In this document: piece by piece, positions 37,720 to 47,738 of the stretch
Numbering within the stretch: position 1 is the stretch's first letter
Layout of the letters: the number at the start of each line of letters is the position of its first letter
Source: Patescibacteria group bacterium
Lineage (GTDB): Bacteria > Patescibacteriota > Patescibacteriia > Patescibacteriales > UBA12465
Assembly: GCA_050949505.1 (NCBI GenBank)
Contig: JBMNFV010000001.1
Span: 445,625 to 509,624 of the forward strand
Direction: 5' to 3'
Length of the DNA stretch: 64,000 nt
The notes under the pieces: model-generated
Seen by the model: only the letters and a program-made list of their open reading frames with translations
Told to the model about the DNA's origin: nothing
Database searches by the model: none
Position numbers and translations under genes: made by a program

Positions 37720-37802
37720 ATTTAAAAATAGTTATAGAAAAACTGCCGAACTAATCGGCAGTTTTTGTTTATGACTATTAATGGTGATTATCTTTTTCGT
37801 GA

Positions 37803-38714
37803 TTAGAACAGTCCGAGGAACTTAGAATTAGTTTTCTTAGGCTTAGTGGGGGCGTGAATAATCTTAGCTAGGTCAGCAGTTAACTTAGTGGCGGCGCCTA
37901 AGGGGCGCTGGTGAAGATTGCGGCCAATAGCAAGACCATAAAGACCATTAGCTAACTGCAGTTTAGTAGTGGCCAGTAGTTCTTTAGTTTCTCGTTGGCT
38001 ACCACCAACACAAATAATTTTAGTTCGCCCGGCGGCCTGGATTACTTCTTGATATTTCTTGATAGTTAATTTAGGATTACGACCAGAGTAGGGGTACTTT
38101 AATTTAACAAAGTCAGCATCTAGGCAGGCAGCTACCCCAGCACCACCGGCAATGGTGTGGATGTTTTCCTCCTTAATCCCTTGTCCTCGCGGATAGACCC
38201 AGAGAACGGCAATTAGGCCCTGCTGGTGAGCGGCGGAGATTAGCTGGGCTGCCTCGGCTAGCATTTCGGCTTCATAGCGACCACCTAAATATAGAGTGTA
38301 GCCTACGCCCACTATTTTTAGGCCCGATTGTTTTTTGAATTTAACTATTTGATCAATCGTCCACCAGGTTCGGCTAGAATCTTTATCTTCATTTGGACCC
38401 AAGTTAGTCTTACCATTCATTTTTACCAAATAGGGAACCTGATCATACTGATAGCCATATTGAGAAATTAGGCCCAAGTGAGTAGCGAAGAGCACTCCTT
38501 TGGTGCTAGCGGCAATTTTGAACAAATGTTCCGGCGAGGCATCGTCTTTAGCAATATTAGGTCCAAAAAAATCATCATTAAGGTGCTCTACCTTCTGGTC
38601 ACCAGCGAATAACAACAGGCGACCAGTGCCAGCGGTGGCCAGGCGATAATTCTTTTTATACTCAGATAATTTACCCTCAGGAACACTTAAGGGAATTTGT
38701 GAATCACTTAACAT
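37803..38714 (-). CDS. class I fructose-bisphosphate aldolase, archaeal/DhnA (FbaB) type (DeoC/LacD aldolase superfamily)
   Basis: 303 aa TIM-barrel-like. Candidate Schiff-base lysine in LDADFVKLKYP (cf. GADF[IV]KT of DeoC/FbaB) and a G-rich phosphate loop IICVGGSQ. The only FBA candidate near pyk/eno. Confidence 0.6.
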   Translation of the reverse strand: MLSDSQIPLSVPEGKLSEYKKNYRLATAGTGRLLLFAGDQKVEHLNDDFFGPNIAKDDASPEHLFKIAASTKGVLFATHLGLISQYGYQYDQVPYLVKMNGKTNLGPNEDKDSSRTWWTIDQIVKFKKQSGLKIVGVGYTLYLGGRYEAEMLAEAAQLISAAHQQGLIAVLWVYPRGQGIKEENIHTIAGGAGVAACLDADFVKLKYPYSGRNPKLTIKKYQEVIQAAGRTKIICVGGSQRETKELLATTKLQLANGLYGLAIGRNLHQRPLGAATKLTADLAKIIHAPTKPKKTNSKFLGLF

Positions 38715-38780
38715 AAATTGAGATTTATAAATTTAATAAATTGTGCTACTATGAAGTAGGTGAAGTTATTATAACATCTT

Positions 38781-39650
38781 ATGAGAAAAAATAAAAATCA
38801 AGGAAATTTAGATTTAAAAAACTACGATCAACAAACTGATTTGAGTTTAAAGAAAATGAATTTTGGCTTATGGCTAGCAGAACGGCGAGCGCTTTTTACT
38901 AGACTAATAATTATTTTTTTAATTTCAGTTTCCGTTTTCTTTTTTTCTTATTCTATCTATCATTTTATCGCCTATTACCTAGAACCAACTGAACCAGGGA
39001 TTGAAGATTTGGTTAATATCCCCCGCAGTGAGGTAGCTGAGCTACAAATTTCCAACCCTCAGGTTTTAAAGAATAATAGTCATTATGATTTTTTAGCAAC
39101 CTTAAGCAATCCTAATCAGCAATATTACGCTCACTTCAACTATTGCTTTATGGTTAATGAAGAGGAACTGCCTTGCCAAGCGGACTTTATTTTGCCCAAC
39201 GAAGAGAAGTATTTATTTTCTTTAAATCAAAATATTCTCTCTCCCAATGCTCAGGTGGTCCTGAAGATCAAAGACTTAAGTTGGACAAGAATCAATGTCC
39301 GAGAGATTCCCAACTGGGAGGACTATTTAGCCACGAGACTAAGGGTGGTGATTGAAGAAATTAGCCTAGAGCCCTTAGAGAATAATTTAGGCGACTACTT
39401 AGAGTTTAAGCTTAGTAATCAGAGTGCCTACTCCTACCGCTCTTTACCCTTAGACATTACTTATTTCGCCAATAATCAGTTAGTGGGAGTTAATCGCTAT
39501 ATTGCTAATGAATTAATTAGTGGTGAGACTAGACAAATACGCTTGAGCATTCCCGCTAGTTTACTGGGGGTTAATCAAGTGAAGATTAGGCCAAATGTAA
39601 ATATCTTAGCTGATGATAATTATATTAAATACCGCGTTTCAGATTACTAA
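38781..39650 (+). CDS. hypothetical membrane-anchored protein upstream of ftsW/rodA
   Basis: N-terminal TM (LIIIFLISVSVFFFSYSIYHFIAYYL), then a 220-aa extracytoplasmic domain. Stop lies 2 nt before the SEDS gene. Confidence 0.5.
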   Translation: MRKNKNQGNLDLKNYDQQTDLSLKKMNFGLWLAERRALFTRLIIIFLISVSVFFFSYSIYHFIAYYLEPTEPGIEDLVNIPRSEVAELQISNPQVLKNNSHYDFLATLSNPNQQYYAHFNYCFMVNEEELPCQADFILPNEEKYLFSLNQNILSPNAQVVLKIKDLSWTRINVREIPNWEDYLATRLRVVIEEISLEPLENNLGDYLEFKLSNQSAYSYRSLPLDITYFANNQLVGVNRYIANELISGETRQIRLSIPASLLGVNQVKIRPNVNILADDNYIKYRVSDY

Positions 39651-39652
39651 TT

Positions 39653-40759
39653 ATGCTCACTCGTCTTAAAGCCTATTTTAATAGATTTGATTGGCTGATC
39701 TTAGCGTCAGTCATGCTTTTAATTGCCTTTAGCTTGGTGGAAATTTATAGCGTAGCCTTAGGACAAGAAAGCGTTAATTTAATAAACTTTAAAAAGCAAT
39801 TAATCTTTACCGCTCTCGGCCTAGGTTTATTATTTACTTTCTCAACTATTGATGCCCGGTTTCTAAAGAGTGCGAGTCGGTATATATATTTTTTAGGGAT
39901 TATTCTCTTAGTTCTGGTTTTAATTTTTGGTTCAGTTAGCCGGGGAACTAAGGGTTGGTTTGATGTGGCCGGACTAGGAATTCAGCCAGTGGAATTTGTT
40001 AAAATTATTTTAATTATATTCCTAGCTAACTATTTTGCTAGTCTAGCAACGCGGATCAAGACGGTTAAACATTTTATTTTATCAGGCCTGAGCACCTTGG
40101 TATTTATCGGCTTAGTGATGTTGCAGCCTGACTTTGGCTCAGCAGTGATGCTGGGGGCAATTTGGTTAATAATGTTAATTGCCGCTGACTTTCCTAAAAA
40201 ATATTTAATCAGCATTATTTTAATTAGCACGATATTATTCACCTTTGCCTGGGTTTTCTTTTTTAAGCCCTACCAGAAGCTAAGGATAATGACCTTCATT
40301 AGACCACAGGAAAGCGCCCTAGAGTCCAGCTGGAACGTCTCACAGGCGATTATTGCTGTTGGGGCAGGGGGGCTAACTGGTAAAGGGGTGGGGTTTGGTT
40401 CTCAGTCGCAATTAAAGTTCTTGCCAGAGGCACAAACTGACTTTATTTTTGCAGTTTTAGCTGAAGAATTAGGGCTCTTAGGAGTTTTATTAGTCTTAAG
40501 TTTTTACTCTTTATTCTTCTATCGCTGCCTGCGAGCAATCAAGACAATTAACAATGATTTCGGCATTTATTTCATTATTGGCTCCTTGGGCTTGATTTTT
40601 ATTCAAATGTTTATTAATATTGGTATGAACATCGGAATTATTCCGGTGGTTGGACTCCCCCTACCTTTTGTTAGTTATGGTGGTAGTTCCTTGTTATCAC
40701 TACTGATCATGGTAGGGATAATTGAAAATATTATAATTAAGTCAAAGAGTAGACATTAA
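39653..40759 (+). CDS. SEDS family peptidoglycan polymerase FtsW/RodA
   Basis: 10 TM helices. GWFDVAGLGIQPVEFVKIILIIFLANYF and the C-terminal PLPFVSYGGSS signature. Confidence 0.85.
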   Translation: MLTRLKAYFNRFDWLILASVMLLIAFSLVEIYSVALGQESVNLINFKKQLIFTALGLGLLFTFSTIDARFLKSASRYIYFLGIILLVLVLIFGSVSRGTKGWFDVAGLGIQPVEFVKIILIIFLANYFASLATRIKTVKHFILSGLSTLVFIGLVMLQPDFGSAVMLGAIWLIMLIAADFPKKYLISIILISTILFTFAWVFFFKPYQKLRIMTFIRPQESALESSWNVSQAIIAVGAGGLTGKGVGFGSQSQLKFLPEAQTDFIFAVLAEELGLLGVLLVLSFYSLFFYRCLRAIKTINNDFGIYFIIGSLGLIFIQMFINIGMNIGIIPVVGLPLPFVSYGGSSLLSLLIMVGIIENIIIKSKSRH

Positions 40760-40763
40760 AAGT

Positions 40764-41414
40764 ATGGAGTTTAAATTAAATGTAGAATTAAGAATGCCTC
40801 AGGAAAAACTAGAGGCAACCTATATCCCCGCAGTTACCTATGGTAAGGGGATAGCGCCTGCTAGCCTCAAGGTGAAGAAATTAGATTTTGATAAGGTTTT
40901 TTCTCAAGCCGGAGAGTCTAATTTAATAAACCTAGAACTACCCAGTGGTCCAGTTAAGGTTATTGTTAAGGCTATTCAACGCGATGTACTTAAACACACT
41001 ATTTCTCACGTTGACTTTTTCCAGGTCAATATGAAAGAGAAGATTATTGCCGATATTCCGCTAAACTTTATTGGCGAATCGCGAGCAGTGCGAGAACTGG
41101 GAGGAATGTTAATGCGTAGCTTAAATGAAATTCAGGTAGAGTGCTTGCCAGGAGACTTAGTAGACCACATCCCAGTTGATGTCTCTCAATTAAATGAATT
41201 CTCAGACATGATTATGGTTAAAGACCTTGATATTCCGGAGGAGCTGAAAGTGCTAAGGAACTCTCCAGAGGACGTAGTGGTAAGTGTTATGGAGCCAAAG
41301 CGACAAGAGGTTATAGAAGCTGAGGAGGCGGCTGAGGGTGAGACTAAGGAAGCTGAGGGAGCAGAAACAGCTGAGGCCGAAGAGGCTAAGGCACCTGAAG
41401 CCGAGGCTAAATAA
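40764..41414 (+). CDS. rplY: 50S ribosomal protein L25/general stress protein Ctc, with acidic C-terminal tail
   Basis: L25 beta-barrel N-domain (RMPQEKLEATYIPAVTYGKG...) and C-terminal Ctc domain. Tail EAEEAAEGETKEAEGAE. Confidence 0.85.
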   Translation: MEFKLNVELRMPQEKLEATYIPAVTYGKGIAPASLKVKKLDFDKVFSQAGESNLINLELPSGPVKVIVKAIQRDVLKHTISHVDFFQVNMKEKIIADIPLNFIGESRAVRELGGMLMRSLNEIQVECLPGDLVDHIPVDVSQLNEFSDMIMVKDLDIPEELKVLRNSPEDVVVSVMEPKRQEVIEAEEAAEGETKEAEGAETAEAEEAKAPEAEAK

Positions 41415-41504
41415 ATTGATAACAAAAACACCCCCATCATTAAAAGTGGGGGTGTTTTTTTATTTCTCAATCTAATTGCCCTTATTTCTGTCTACCTACT
41501 TGTC

Positions 41505-42419
41505 TTAAAGCATTGACTTAAACTTTAAAATAGCTAGTCGATCTTGAGCCCTTAAATCGGGCTTGATGCTTAGGTGAAAATGGGGCAGCCGCTCTTTAGC
41601 TAGCTGAGTGAAGCTAGTAGTTTGCTGCGGGTCTAGTTCGCAAAAAAGCATTAAGGAGCGTGGAGAAAACTTTCCCGTAGTTAGTTTATTTATCTGTTTA
41701 AATAGTTCCCGGTAGCAACTTAATCCATCTGGACCAGCCACTAGGGCGAGGCGAGGCTCGCGTCTAATACTAGGCGAGCTGGCAACTTGCTCGGGGGTGA
41801 GGTAGGGAAGGTTAGCACTAATAATCAAATCTTGATCTTTTAATGACTTCCAGAACTTAGCGGGAAGGGCTTTTAGCAAGGAGCCTCGGTAAAAGTCTAT
41901 CTTCTTGGTCTGCTGATGTAGTCGGGCGTTTTTTTTGGCAACTAAGTAGGCAGAACGAGAAATGTCGGTGGCAATGAATTTGCTAGTATTATAAAGATTA
42001 GGTTTAGACCGGCGGAGCAGGTTAGCTAAAGAGATGATAATTGTCCCTGCTCCGGTACCTAGGTCAATAATTACCCTTGCCTGAGCCGAGGATGTAATCT
42101 CTTGATTAACCGCCTCAACTAATAGTTCCGTTTCTGGACGAGGAACCAAGACTTTAGAGTTAACAAAAAACTTGTCAGTCAGAAAATGCTTTTCTCCCTT
42201 CAAGACTGCTAAGGACCAACCAGCCAAATATTTTTTCTCTAAACGATAGTAGCGCTTTAAAACAGAAGAGGGAAGTTGGTCTTCATCGTGAGCTAAAATA
42301 GATTCAACCGAGCGCTGGCTAGCTAGAGCGAGCAAGGATAAGACTTCTGGTGAGGGAATTGTTCTAGTGCTTAGCAATTGACGGCTAGTCATTGATTTAG
42401 GCCTGAGTTTCTCGTTCAT
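41505..42419 (-). CDS. prmC: release factor glutamine methyltransferase PrmC/HemK-like (motif IV variant NLPY)
   Basis: Motif I IIDLGTGAGTI. Motif IV LIISANLPYL in place of the canonical NPPY. Immediately downstream of prfA, overlapping it by 23 nt (an alternative start at 42392 would remove the overlap). Confidence 0.6.
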   Translation of the reverse strand: MNEKLRPKSMTSRQLLSTRTIPSPEVLSLLALASQRSVESILAHDEDQLPSSVLKRYYRLEKKYLAGWSLAVLKGEKHFLTDKFFVNSKVLVPRPETELLVEAVNQEITSSAQARVIIDLGTGAGTIIISLANLLRRSKPNLYNTSKFIATDISRSAYLVAKKNARLHQQTKKIDFYRGSLLKALPAKFWKSLKDQDLIISANLPYLTPEQVASSPSIRREPRLALVAGPDGLSCYRELFKQINKLTTGKFSPRSLMLFCELDPQQTTSFTQLAKERLPHFHLSIKPDLRAQDRLAILKFKSML

Positions 42420-43443
42420 GAGCTTTAAGGGCGGTAATAATCTCTTTTAGGTCACCGGCCATAATTTTAGTTAAACCATGCCAAGAAAGATTAAGGCGAT
42501 GGTCAGTTAAACGATCTTGAGGGAAGTTGTAGGTTCTAATTTTGTCAGACCGATCACCAGCCCCGACCTGACTTTTGCGAGCGCTAGACTCTTTAGCTAG
42601 CCGATCTTCTTCTTGAATAGCGAGTAAGCGCGAGCGCAGTACTTGGAGAGCTTTCTCCTTGTTTTGATGCTGAGATTTTTCATCTTGGCAAGAAACAATG
42701 AGGCCAGTGGGTAGGTGAGTAATTCTAATGGCCGAGTAGGTGGTGTTAACGCTTTGTCCCCCTGGTCCACTAGAGCAAAAGGTGTCAATTCTAATGTCTT
42801 GAGGATTAATTTCAATATCTACCTCTTCAGCTTCAGGGAGAACGACCACGGTAGCGGTAGAGGTGTGAACCCGGCCTTGTTTTTCAGTTTCTGGCACGCG
42901 TTGAACCCGGTGAGTGCCCGCCTCGTATTTTAGATAGCCATAAGCGTTTTCACCAGTGACTGAGAAAATTACCTCTTTATAGCCACCAATGCCAATCATT
43001 GAGCTGCTAATTAAAGATAATTGCCAACGCTGCTCTTCGCAGTAGCGGGCGTACATTCTAAATAAGTCACCGGCAAATAGGGAAGCCTCATCGCCGCCAG
43101 CCCCACTACGGATTTCAATAATCGCATTACGTTGGTCATTAGGGTCTTGGGGATTAAGGGCTTCATCAATCTCCTGGGCCAGTTGCTTTAAACGGGGGGT
43201 AGCAGTCTCTAGCTCGGCTGTGACCATAGCCAAAAGTTCTGAATCAGTTTCAGTTTTTAAGAGTTCTTGATTATCAGCGATCTCTTGACTGAGATTTTCC
43301 CAGTCATTAATTTTGTCAACAATCTTTTTGACTTGCAAATGTTCACGAGATAGTTTGATTAAGTTTTTTTGATCACTTTGAACCTCGGGTTTAAGCAGTT
43401 CGGCCTCTAAGGCTGCTAACTGGTCTTTTATTTCTTGATACAT
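42397..43443 (-). CDS. prfA: peptide chain release factor 1
   Basis: GGQ motif SSGPGGQSVNTT and RF-1 domain order. Operon partner prmC downstream. Confidence 0.9.
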   Translation of the reverse strand: MYQEIKDQLAALEAELLKPEVQSDQKNLIKLSREHLQVKKIVDKINDWENLSQEIADNQELLKTETDSELLAMVTAELETATPRLKQLAQEIDEALNPQDPNDQRNAIIEIRSGAGGDEASLFAGDLFRMYARYCEEQRWQLSLISSSMIGIGGYKEVIFSVTGENAYGYLKYEAGTHRVQRVPETEKQGRVHTSTATVVVLPEAEEVDIEINPQDIRIDTFCSSGPGGQSVNTTYSAIRITHLPTGLIVSCQDEKSQHQNKEKALQVLRSRLLAIQEEDRLAKESSARKSQVGAGDRSDKIRTYNFPQDRLTDHRLNLSWHGLTKIMAGDLKEIITALKAHERETQA

Positions 43444-43489
43444 ATGATTAGGGTGATTAGCTATAAAAAAATAGCTAATTCTTAAATTA

Positions 43490-43502
43490 TAGACTTAGTC
43501 TA
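43490..43502. repeat. 13-bp palindrome TAGACTTAGTCTA in the prfA-rpmE intergenic region
   Basis: Arms TAGACT/AGTCTA with a 1-nt spacer, near-identical to the palindrome at 9624-9639 (TAGACTTAAGTCTA). Confidence 0.65.
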
Positions 43503-43534
43503 CAATTTCAAAAATTAGCTACTTTTAAAAGTAT

Positions 43535-43870
43535 CTATTTTTTATCTAGCTTCACTTGAGCAATCTTTTTTATATCCTTAGTTGACTTAACAACAACTTC
43601 CTTTTTAGCTCTCGCCTCTGCTCGCTTAGCGCGCTTAACTTTTTTCCCCTGCTTATCTAAATTATCAGCCTTAGCCTTAACCTTAGCCTCGTATTTCTCT
43701 ACGCGTCTAGCGGTGTCAACTAGCTTTTGTTTGCCAGTATAGAAAGGATGACAAACTGAACAAAGCTCCACTTTTAGCTCAGGCTCAGTGGCGCCAGTTA
43801 CAAAAGTATGGCCACAAACACAAGTGACCTGACAATCGGAGTAATATTGGGGGTGTATATCTTTTTTCAT
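43535..43870 (-). CDS. rpmE: 50S ribosomal protein L31 (Zn-ribbon type) with Lys-rich C-terminal extension
   Basis: [10 protein letters not shown]...CVCGHTF...[10 protein letters not shown], CxxG...CxxC. 111 aa versus about 70 typical. Confidence 0.9.
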   Translation of the reverse strand: MKKDIHPQYYSDCQVTCVCGHTFVTGATEPELKVELCSVCHPFYTGKQKLVDTARRVEKYEAKVKAKADNLDKQGKKVKRAKRAEARAKKEVVVKSTKDIKKIAQVKLDKK

Positions 43871-44023
43871 AAAAGTATTAAAAACTTTAACTATTGAATA
43901 TCTTTAGCTTATCTTGGTATAATGCTATCATAGGCATTAAAATTAATCAAGAGTTAATTAGTCTCCGATTAGGAATTGATTTTTTTGTTGTAAAAAATAT
44001 TATTAAATTAAAAGTAACCCTTA

Positions 44024-45457
44024 ATGAGCAAAGTAGTTAATCTGGCTAAAAATACTTCATACTTAACCCTCGCTTTAGTAATTCAAAAGGTAATCTCGTT
44101 TACCTATTTTATGCTCCTCGCTCGCTATGTAGGCCCTGAGGCCTTGGGGCAATATTACTTAGCGATCTCTTTAACTACAATTTTTGCCATATTTATAGAC
44201 TTGGGGTTAACTAATGTAATTACCCGAGAGATCGCTAAAACCCCTGCCCAGAGTGAACGTTGGTTGGCTAATATCCTTACTCTTAAAATTCCTTTGACTA
44301 TTTTTTCGGTCTTAGCGGTCATTATTTTAGTTCAAGTGCTAGGCTATAGCTCTCTAGTTAAGCAATTAGCTTATATAGCGATTATTTCCATGGTTCTTGA
44401 CTCCTTTAGCACCACTTTCTTTGCGGTCGCTCGTGGTTATCATAATTTGAAATATGAAAGCATTGCTTCCGTTATTTTTCAGGTAATTGTCTTAGTCTTT
44501 GGTTACGGGGCGCTGTTGTTAGGGGGTGGTTTAATTTTTGCCATGTTAGCTCTAGCGTTAGCCAGTATTTATAATTTTATCTACTCCAGTTGGATATTAG
44601 TTAGGCGCTTAGGCGTTAAAATTAGTTTTCGCTATGAGCCGGCGTTTGTAAAAAAAATATTTAACCTCGCTTGGCCCTTTGCTTTGTATGCTGTTTTTCA
44701 GCGATTCTATACCTATTTAGACTCCGTATTTTTATCAGTCCTAGCTGATGATACCCAAGTGGGTTTATATCAAATTGCCTTTAAAATTATTTTTGCTCTG
44801 CAGTTTTTACCTCTGGCCTTTACGGCCTCTTTATATCCAGCCCTGAGTATGTATTGGCAGGATAATCGTCAACAGCTCTTAATCACCTTTGAACGAGCAA
44901 TAAATTATTTGCTAATCATTTCCTTGCCAGTGATTATTGGCGTAATCGCTTTAAGTGCTCAGGTTGTTCAGTTATTTAAGTCTGGCTATGAAGGAGCCCA
45001 GTGGCCTCTCATTATTTCTATTAGTTCTTTACTATTTATCTTTATTAACTTTCCCATTGGTTCGCTATTAAATGCTGTTGACTATCAAAAGAAAAATACC
45101 TTAAATATGGGAATAGTGGCCCTAGTTAGTTTAGGTCTTAACCTATTACTCATCCCGCGTTACCAAGCAGTCGGAGCCAGCTTAACAGTTTTAGTTACCA
45201 ATGCTCTAATGACTATCTTAGGATTCTGGTGGGTGAGGAGAATTATCCCTTATCAGTTTAAAAAGAATCTGTTAATGTTTGCTAAGCTAATTTTATCCTC
45301 CGCCATTATGGGACTAGTGGTTTATTGGGGACAGGCTTATCTTAATATGTTTGTGATCACTATCATTGGTGGCTTTGTCTACCTAGCTTGCTTATTAGCA
45401 GTTCGGGCCCTGCGTTGGGCTGACCTAGACAGTGTTCTTAGGTCTTTAAAGATTTAA
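44024..45457 (+). CDS. oligosaccharide flippase (Wzx/MOP superfamily polysaccharide biosynthesis protein)
   Basis: 477 aa, about 12-14 TM helices, polysacc_synt-like N-terminal region. Confidence 0.8.
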   Translation: MSKVVNLAKNTSYLTLALVIQKVISFTYFMLLARYVGPEALGQYYLAISLTTIFAIFIDLGLTNVITREIAKTPAQSERWLANILTLKIPLTIFSVLAVIILVQVLGYSSLVKQLAYIAIISMVLDSFSTTFFAVARGYHNLKYESIASVIFQVIVLVFGYGALLLGGGLIFAMLALALASIYNFIYSSWILVRRLGVKISFRYEPAFVKKIFNLAWPFALYAVFQRFYTYLDSVFLSVLADDTQVGLYQIAFKIIFALQFLPLAFTASLYPALSMYWQDNRQQLLITFERAINYLLIISLPVIIGVIALSAQVVQLFKSGYEGAQWPLIISISSLLFIFINFPIGSLLNAVDYQKKNTLNMGIVALVSLGLNLLLIPRYQAVGASLTVLVTNALMTILGFWWVRRIIPYQFKKNLLMFAKLILSSAIMGLVVYWGQAYLNMFVITIIGGFVYLACLLAVRALRWADLDSVLRSLKI

Positions 45458-45466
45458 TTATATAAT

Positions 45467-46549
45467 ATGAAAACCCTATTAATCACCTTAGAATATCCGC
45501 CTCACCGCGGCGGCGTGGCCAACTATTACGGCAACCTCAGCAAGCACTGGCCCCTAGAAGGGAAGATAGAGGTGTTAGATAATAGTCGCCAGGAACTGTT
45601 AACTAAGTCTCGTTTTTCTTGGCTAAAAACGGTCTTCACTCTGCGCCGACGACTGCAACGAGCTAAAATTGACTTTGTCTTGGTGGGGCAAATTTTACCC
45701 CTAGGAACGGCCGCCTATCTTTTATCATTGTTTCAACCCTTTAGGTATGGCGTCTTTCTTCATGGCCTAGACTTCTCCTTAGCCACTCAATCTGCTTGGA
45801 AAAGATTTTTAACTAGACAAATTTTAAAGCGAGCTGATAAAATTTTAGCTTGTAATCGCTATGTCAAACAACAAGTCTCGGAGTTTTTGCCCACTAGCGC
45901 TACTAAGCTTCGGGTATTTAACCCAGGAATTACCACCAGCGCCCCGCTAGTTAGTAGTCAGGAGTTAGCTAAATTAGATGAGAAATATCAATTAGCTGAT
46001 AAGTTGGTATTATTTAGCCTCGGTCGCCTGGTAAAGCGCAAGGGAGTAGATCAGGTAATTGCTGCCCTTAATTATCTTCCTCGGGAAAAGTTAAACCAGT
46101 TAGTCTATTTCGTAGCAGGCCACGGACCGGAAGAACAATACTTAAAGAAGTTAGTTCCCCTAGAGCTAGCTAGAAAGATAATTTTCTTAGGCGCAATTAG
46201 TGAGTCAGAGAAATGGACCTGGCTGAAGCGCTGTGATATTCTAGTGATGCCGGCACGAGAGCTAGTGGGAGACTATGAGGGCTTTGGAATTGTCTATTTA
46301 GAAGCTAATTTAGTAGCTAAACCAGTAATTGCTGGAGACTCAGGCGGGGTGAGAGATGCGGTGGTGCCTGAGGAAACCGGTTTATTAGTGGACCCGGAGA
46401 AAGTTGAGGACTTAGCTGCCGCCATTATTCGCTTAGCTGAAGATAAGGATCTGCGAGAACGTTTAGGCAGAGCGGGACAAAAGCGAGCAATTACTGAGTT
46501 TAACTGGGAAAAGCAAGCTCGGGACCTATATAAATTTATTAAAAACTAG
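45467..46549 (+). CDS. glycosyltransferase family 4
   Basis: EGFGIVYLEANLVAKPVIAGDSGGVRDAV is the GT4 E-x7-E region. Confidence 0.8.
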   Translation: MKTLLITLEYPPHRGGVANYYGNLSKHWPLEGKIEVLDNSRQELLTKSRFSWLKTVFTLRRRLQRAKIDFVLVGQILPLGTAAYLLSLFQPFRYGVFLHGLDFSLATQSAWKRFLTRQILKRADKILACNRYVKQQVSEFLPTSATKLRVFNPGITTSAPLVSSQELAKLDEKYQLADKLVLFSLGRLVKRKGVDQVIAALNYLPREKLNQLVYFVAGHGPEEQYLKKLVPLELARKIIFLGAISESEKWTWLKRCDILVMPARELVGDYEGFGIVYLEANLVAKPVIAGDSGGVRDAVVPEETGLLVDPEKVEDLAAAIIRLAEDKDLRERLGRAGQKRAITEFNWEKQARDLYKFIKN

Positions 46550-46552
46550 CGT

Positions 46553-47272
46553 ATGATTTCCGTTATTATCCCAGTCTATAATCAAGCTAACAAATTAATT
46601 CAAACTCTAAGAAGCTTAGACCAACAAACAGAGCAAGCTTTTGAGGTAATTATTGTTAATGATGGCTCTAGTGATGGGGTAGAGGAAAAGTTTTCAGAAT
46701 ATTTAAAAAGTTTAAGTCAGGCCAATCTTAATCAGCATCACTATTTATTTATCAATCAGTCTAATCAAGGGGCTCCAGCGGCCCGCAACCGAGGCCGTCA
46801 GGCTGCTCAGGGGGACTTTCTATTCTTCTGTGATGCAGACACTATTTTAAACAAAGAGCTGCTCGCCACTCTAAAACAAGCCCTCTTGGTAAATCCAGCG
46901 GCTAGTTACGCCTATTCCTCGTTCTATTGGGGAAAGAAATTGTTTAAGTTAACCCCCTTTTCTGCTGAGCGTTTACGTCAGGAACCCTATATTCACACCA
47001 TGTCCCTAATTAGAGCTAGTGACTTTCCCACTCAGGGTTGGGATGAGAGTTTAAAGAAGTTCCAAGACTGGGACCTGTGGTTAACGATGTTGGCCGAGGA
47101 TAAGTTTGGAATTTTTGTTGATCAGGTCTTGTTTAAGGTGCTGCCGGGAGGAACTATTAGTGACTGGCTGCCAGCGCTAGCCTACAGGCTACTGCCTTTT
47201 TTGCCCGCAGTTAAGAAATATCAACGAGCTAAAGAAATAATTATGAAAAAACATGGAATATCAGGAAATTAA
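46553..47272 (+). CDS. glycosyltransferase family 2
   Basis: ISVIIPVYNQ...VIIVNDGSSDG...DADT, i.e. GT-A DxD and N-terminal motifs. Confidence 0.75.
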   Translation: MISVIIPVYNQANKLIQTLRSLDQQTEQAFEVIIVNDGSSDGVEEKFSEYLKSLSQANLNQHHYLFINQSNQGAPAARNRGRQAAQGDFLFFCDADTILNKELLATLKQALLVNPAASYAYSSFYWGKKLFKLTPFSAERLRQEPYIHTMSLIRASDFPTQGWDESLKKFQDWDLWLTMLAEDKFGIFVDQVLFKVLPGGTISDWLPALAYRLLPFLPAVKKYQRAKEIIMKKHGISGN

Positions 47273-47735
47273 AAAGCGCTTAATATTTTTAACCATTAGT
47301 CTAGTTTTGATTTTAGGCTTAATTTGGCTAACTTTAAGCTTATTAAATCGGGGCAAGGAGATTGTTAAGCCAGAGATAATTACCCAAGCCCTAGTGGGCG
47401 ATAAGGTGATTAGTTTAGAGCTAGCCACTACCCCTGAGGAGCATTATTTAGGACTAAGTAATCGTTCCCCTATCTGTGACCACTGCGGCCTCTTATTTCT
47501 ATTTACCGACTTAAAGGAGCGAACCTTTGTGATGCGGGAAATGAATTTTCCTCTAGATATTATCTTTCTCCTAGATGGCACTATAGTTAATATTTATGAA
47601 AACTTAGCACCCGAAGGGAAGAACCCACTAGCTAGCTATTCTAGTCTAGGGCCGGTTAATCAGGTCTTAGAGGTGAAGGCTGGACTGGTACAAGAATTTA
47701 ATTTAAAAAGTGGTAGTCAGTTAATTTTTAGATAG
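47253..47735 (+). CDS. DUF192 domain protein (COG1430)
   Basis: LATTPEEHYLGLSNRSPICDHCGLLFLF...FVMREMNFPLDIIFLDG matches DUF192. Start overlaps the GT2 gene by 20 nt. Confidence 0.65.
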   Translation: MEYQEIKKRLIFLTISLVLILGLIWLTLSLLNRGKEIVKPEIITQALVGDKVISLELATTPEEHYLGLSNRSPICDHCGLLFLFTDLKERTFVMREMNFPLDIIFLLDGTIVNIYENLAPEGKNPLASYSSLGPVNQVLEVKAGLVQEFNLKSGSQLIFR

Positions 47736-47738
47736 TTT

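Noticed and set aside
39173-39355. 60-aa + strand ORF inside ORF 38781-39650
   Set aside because: Out-of-frame overlap with a longer ORF that has the N-terminal TM anchor and sits directly upstream of ftsW.
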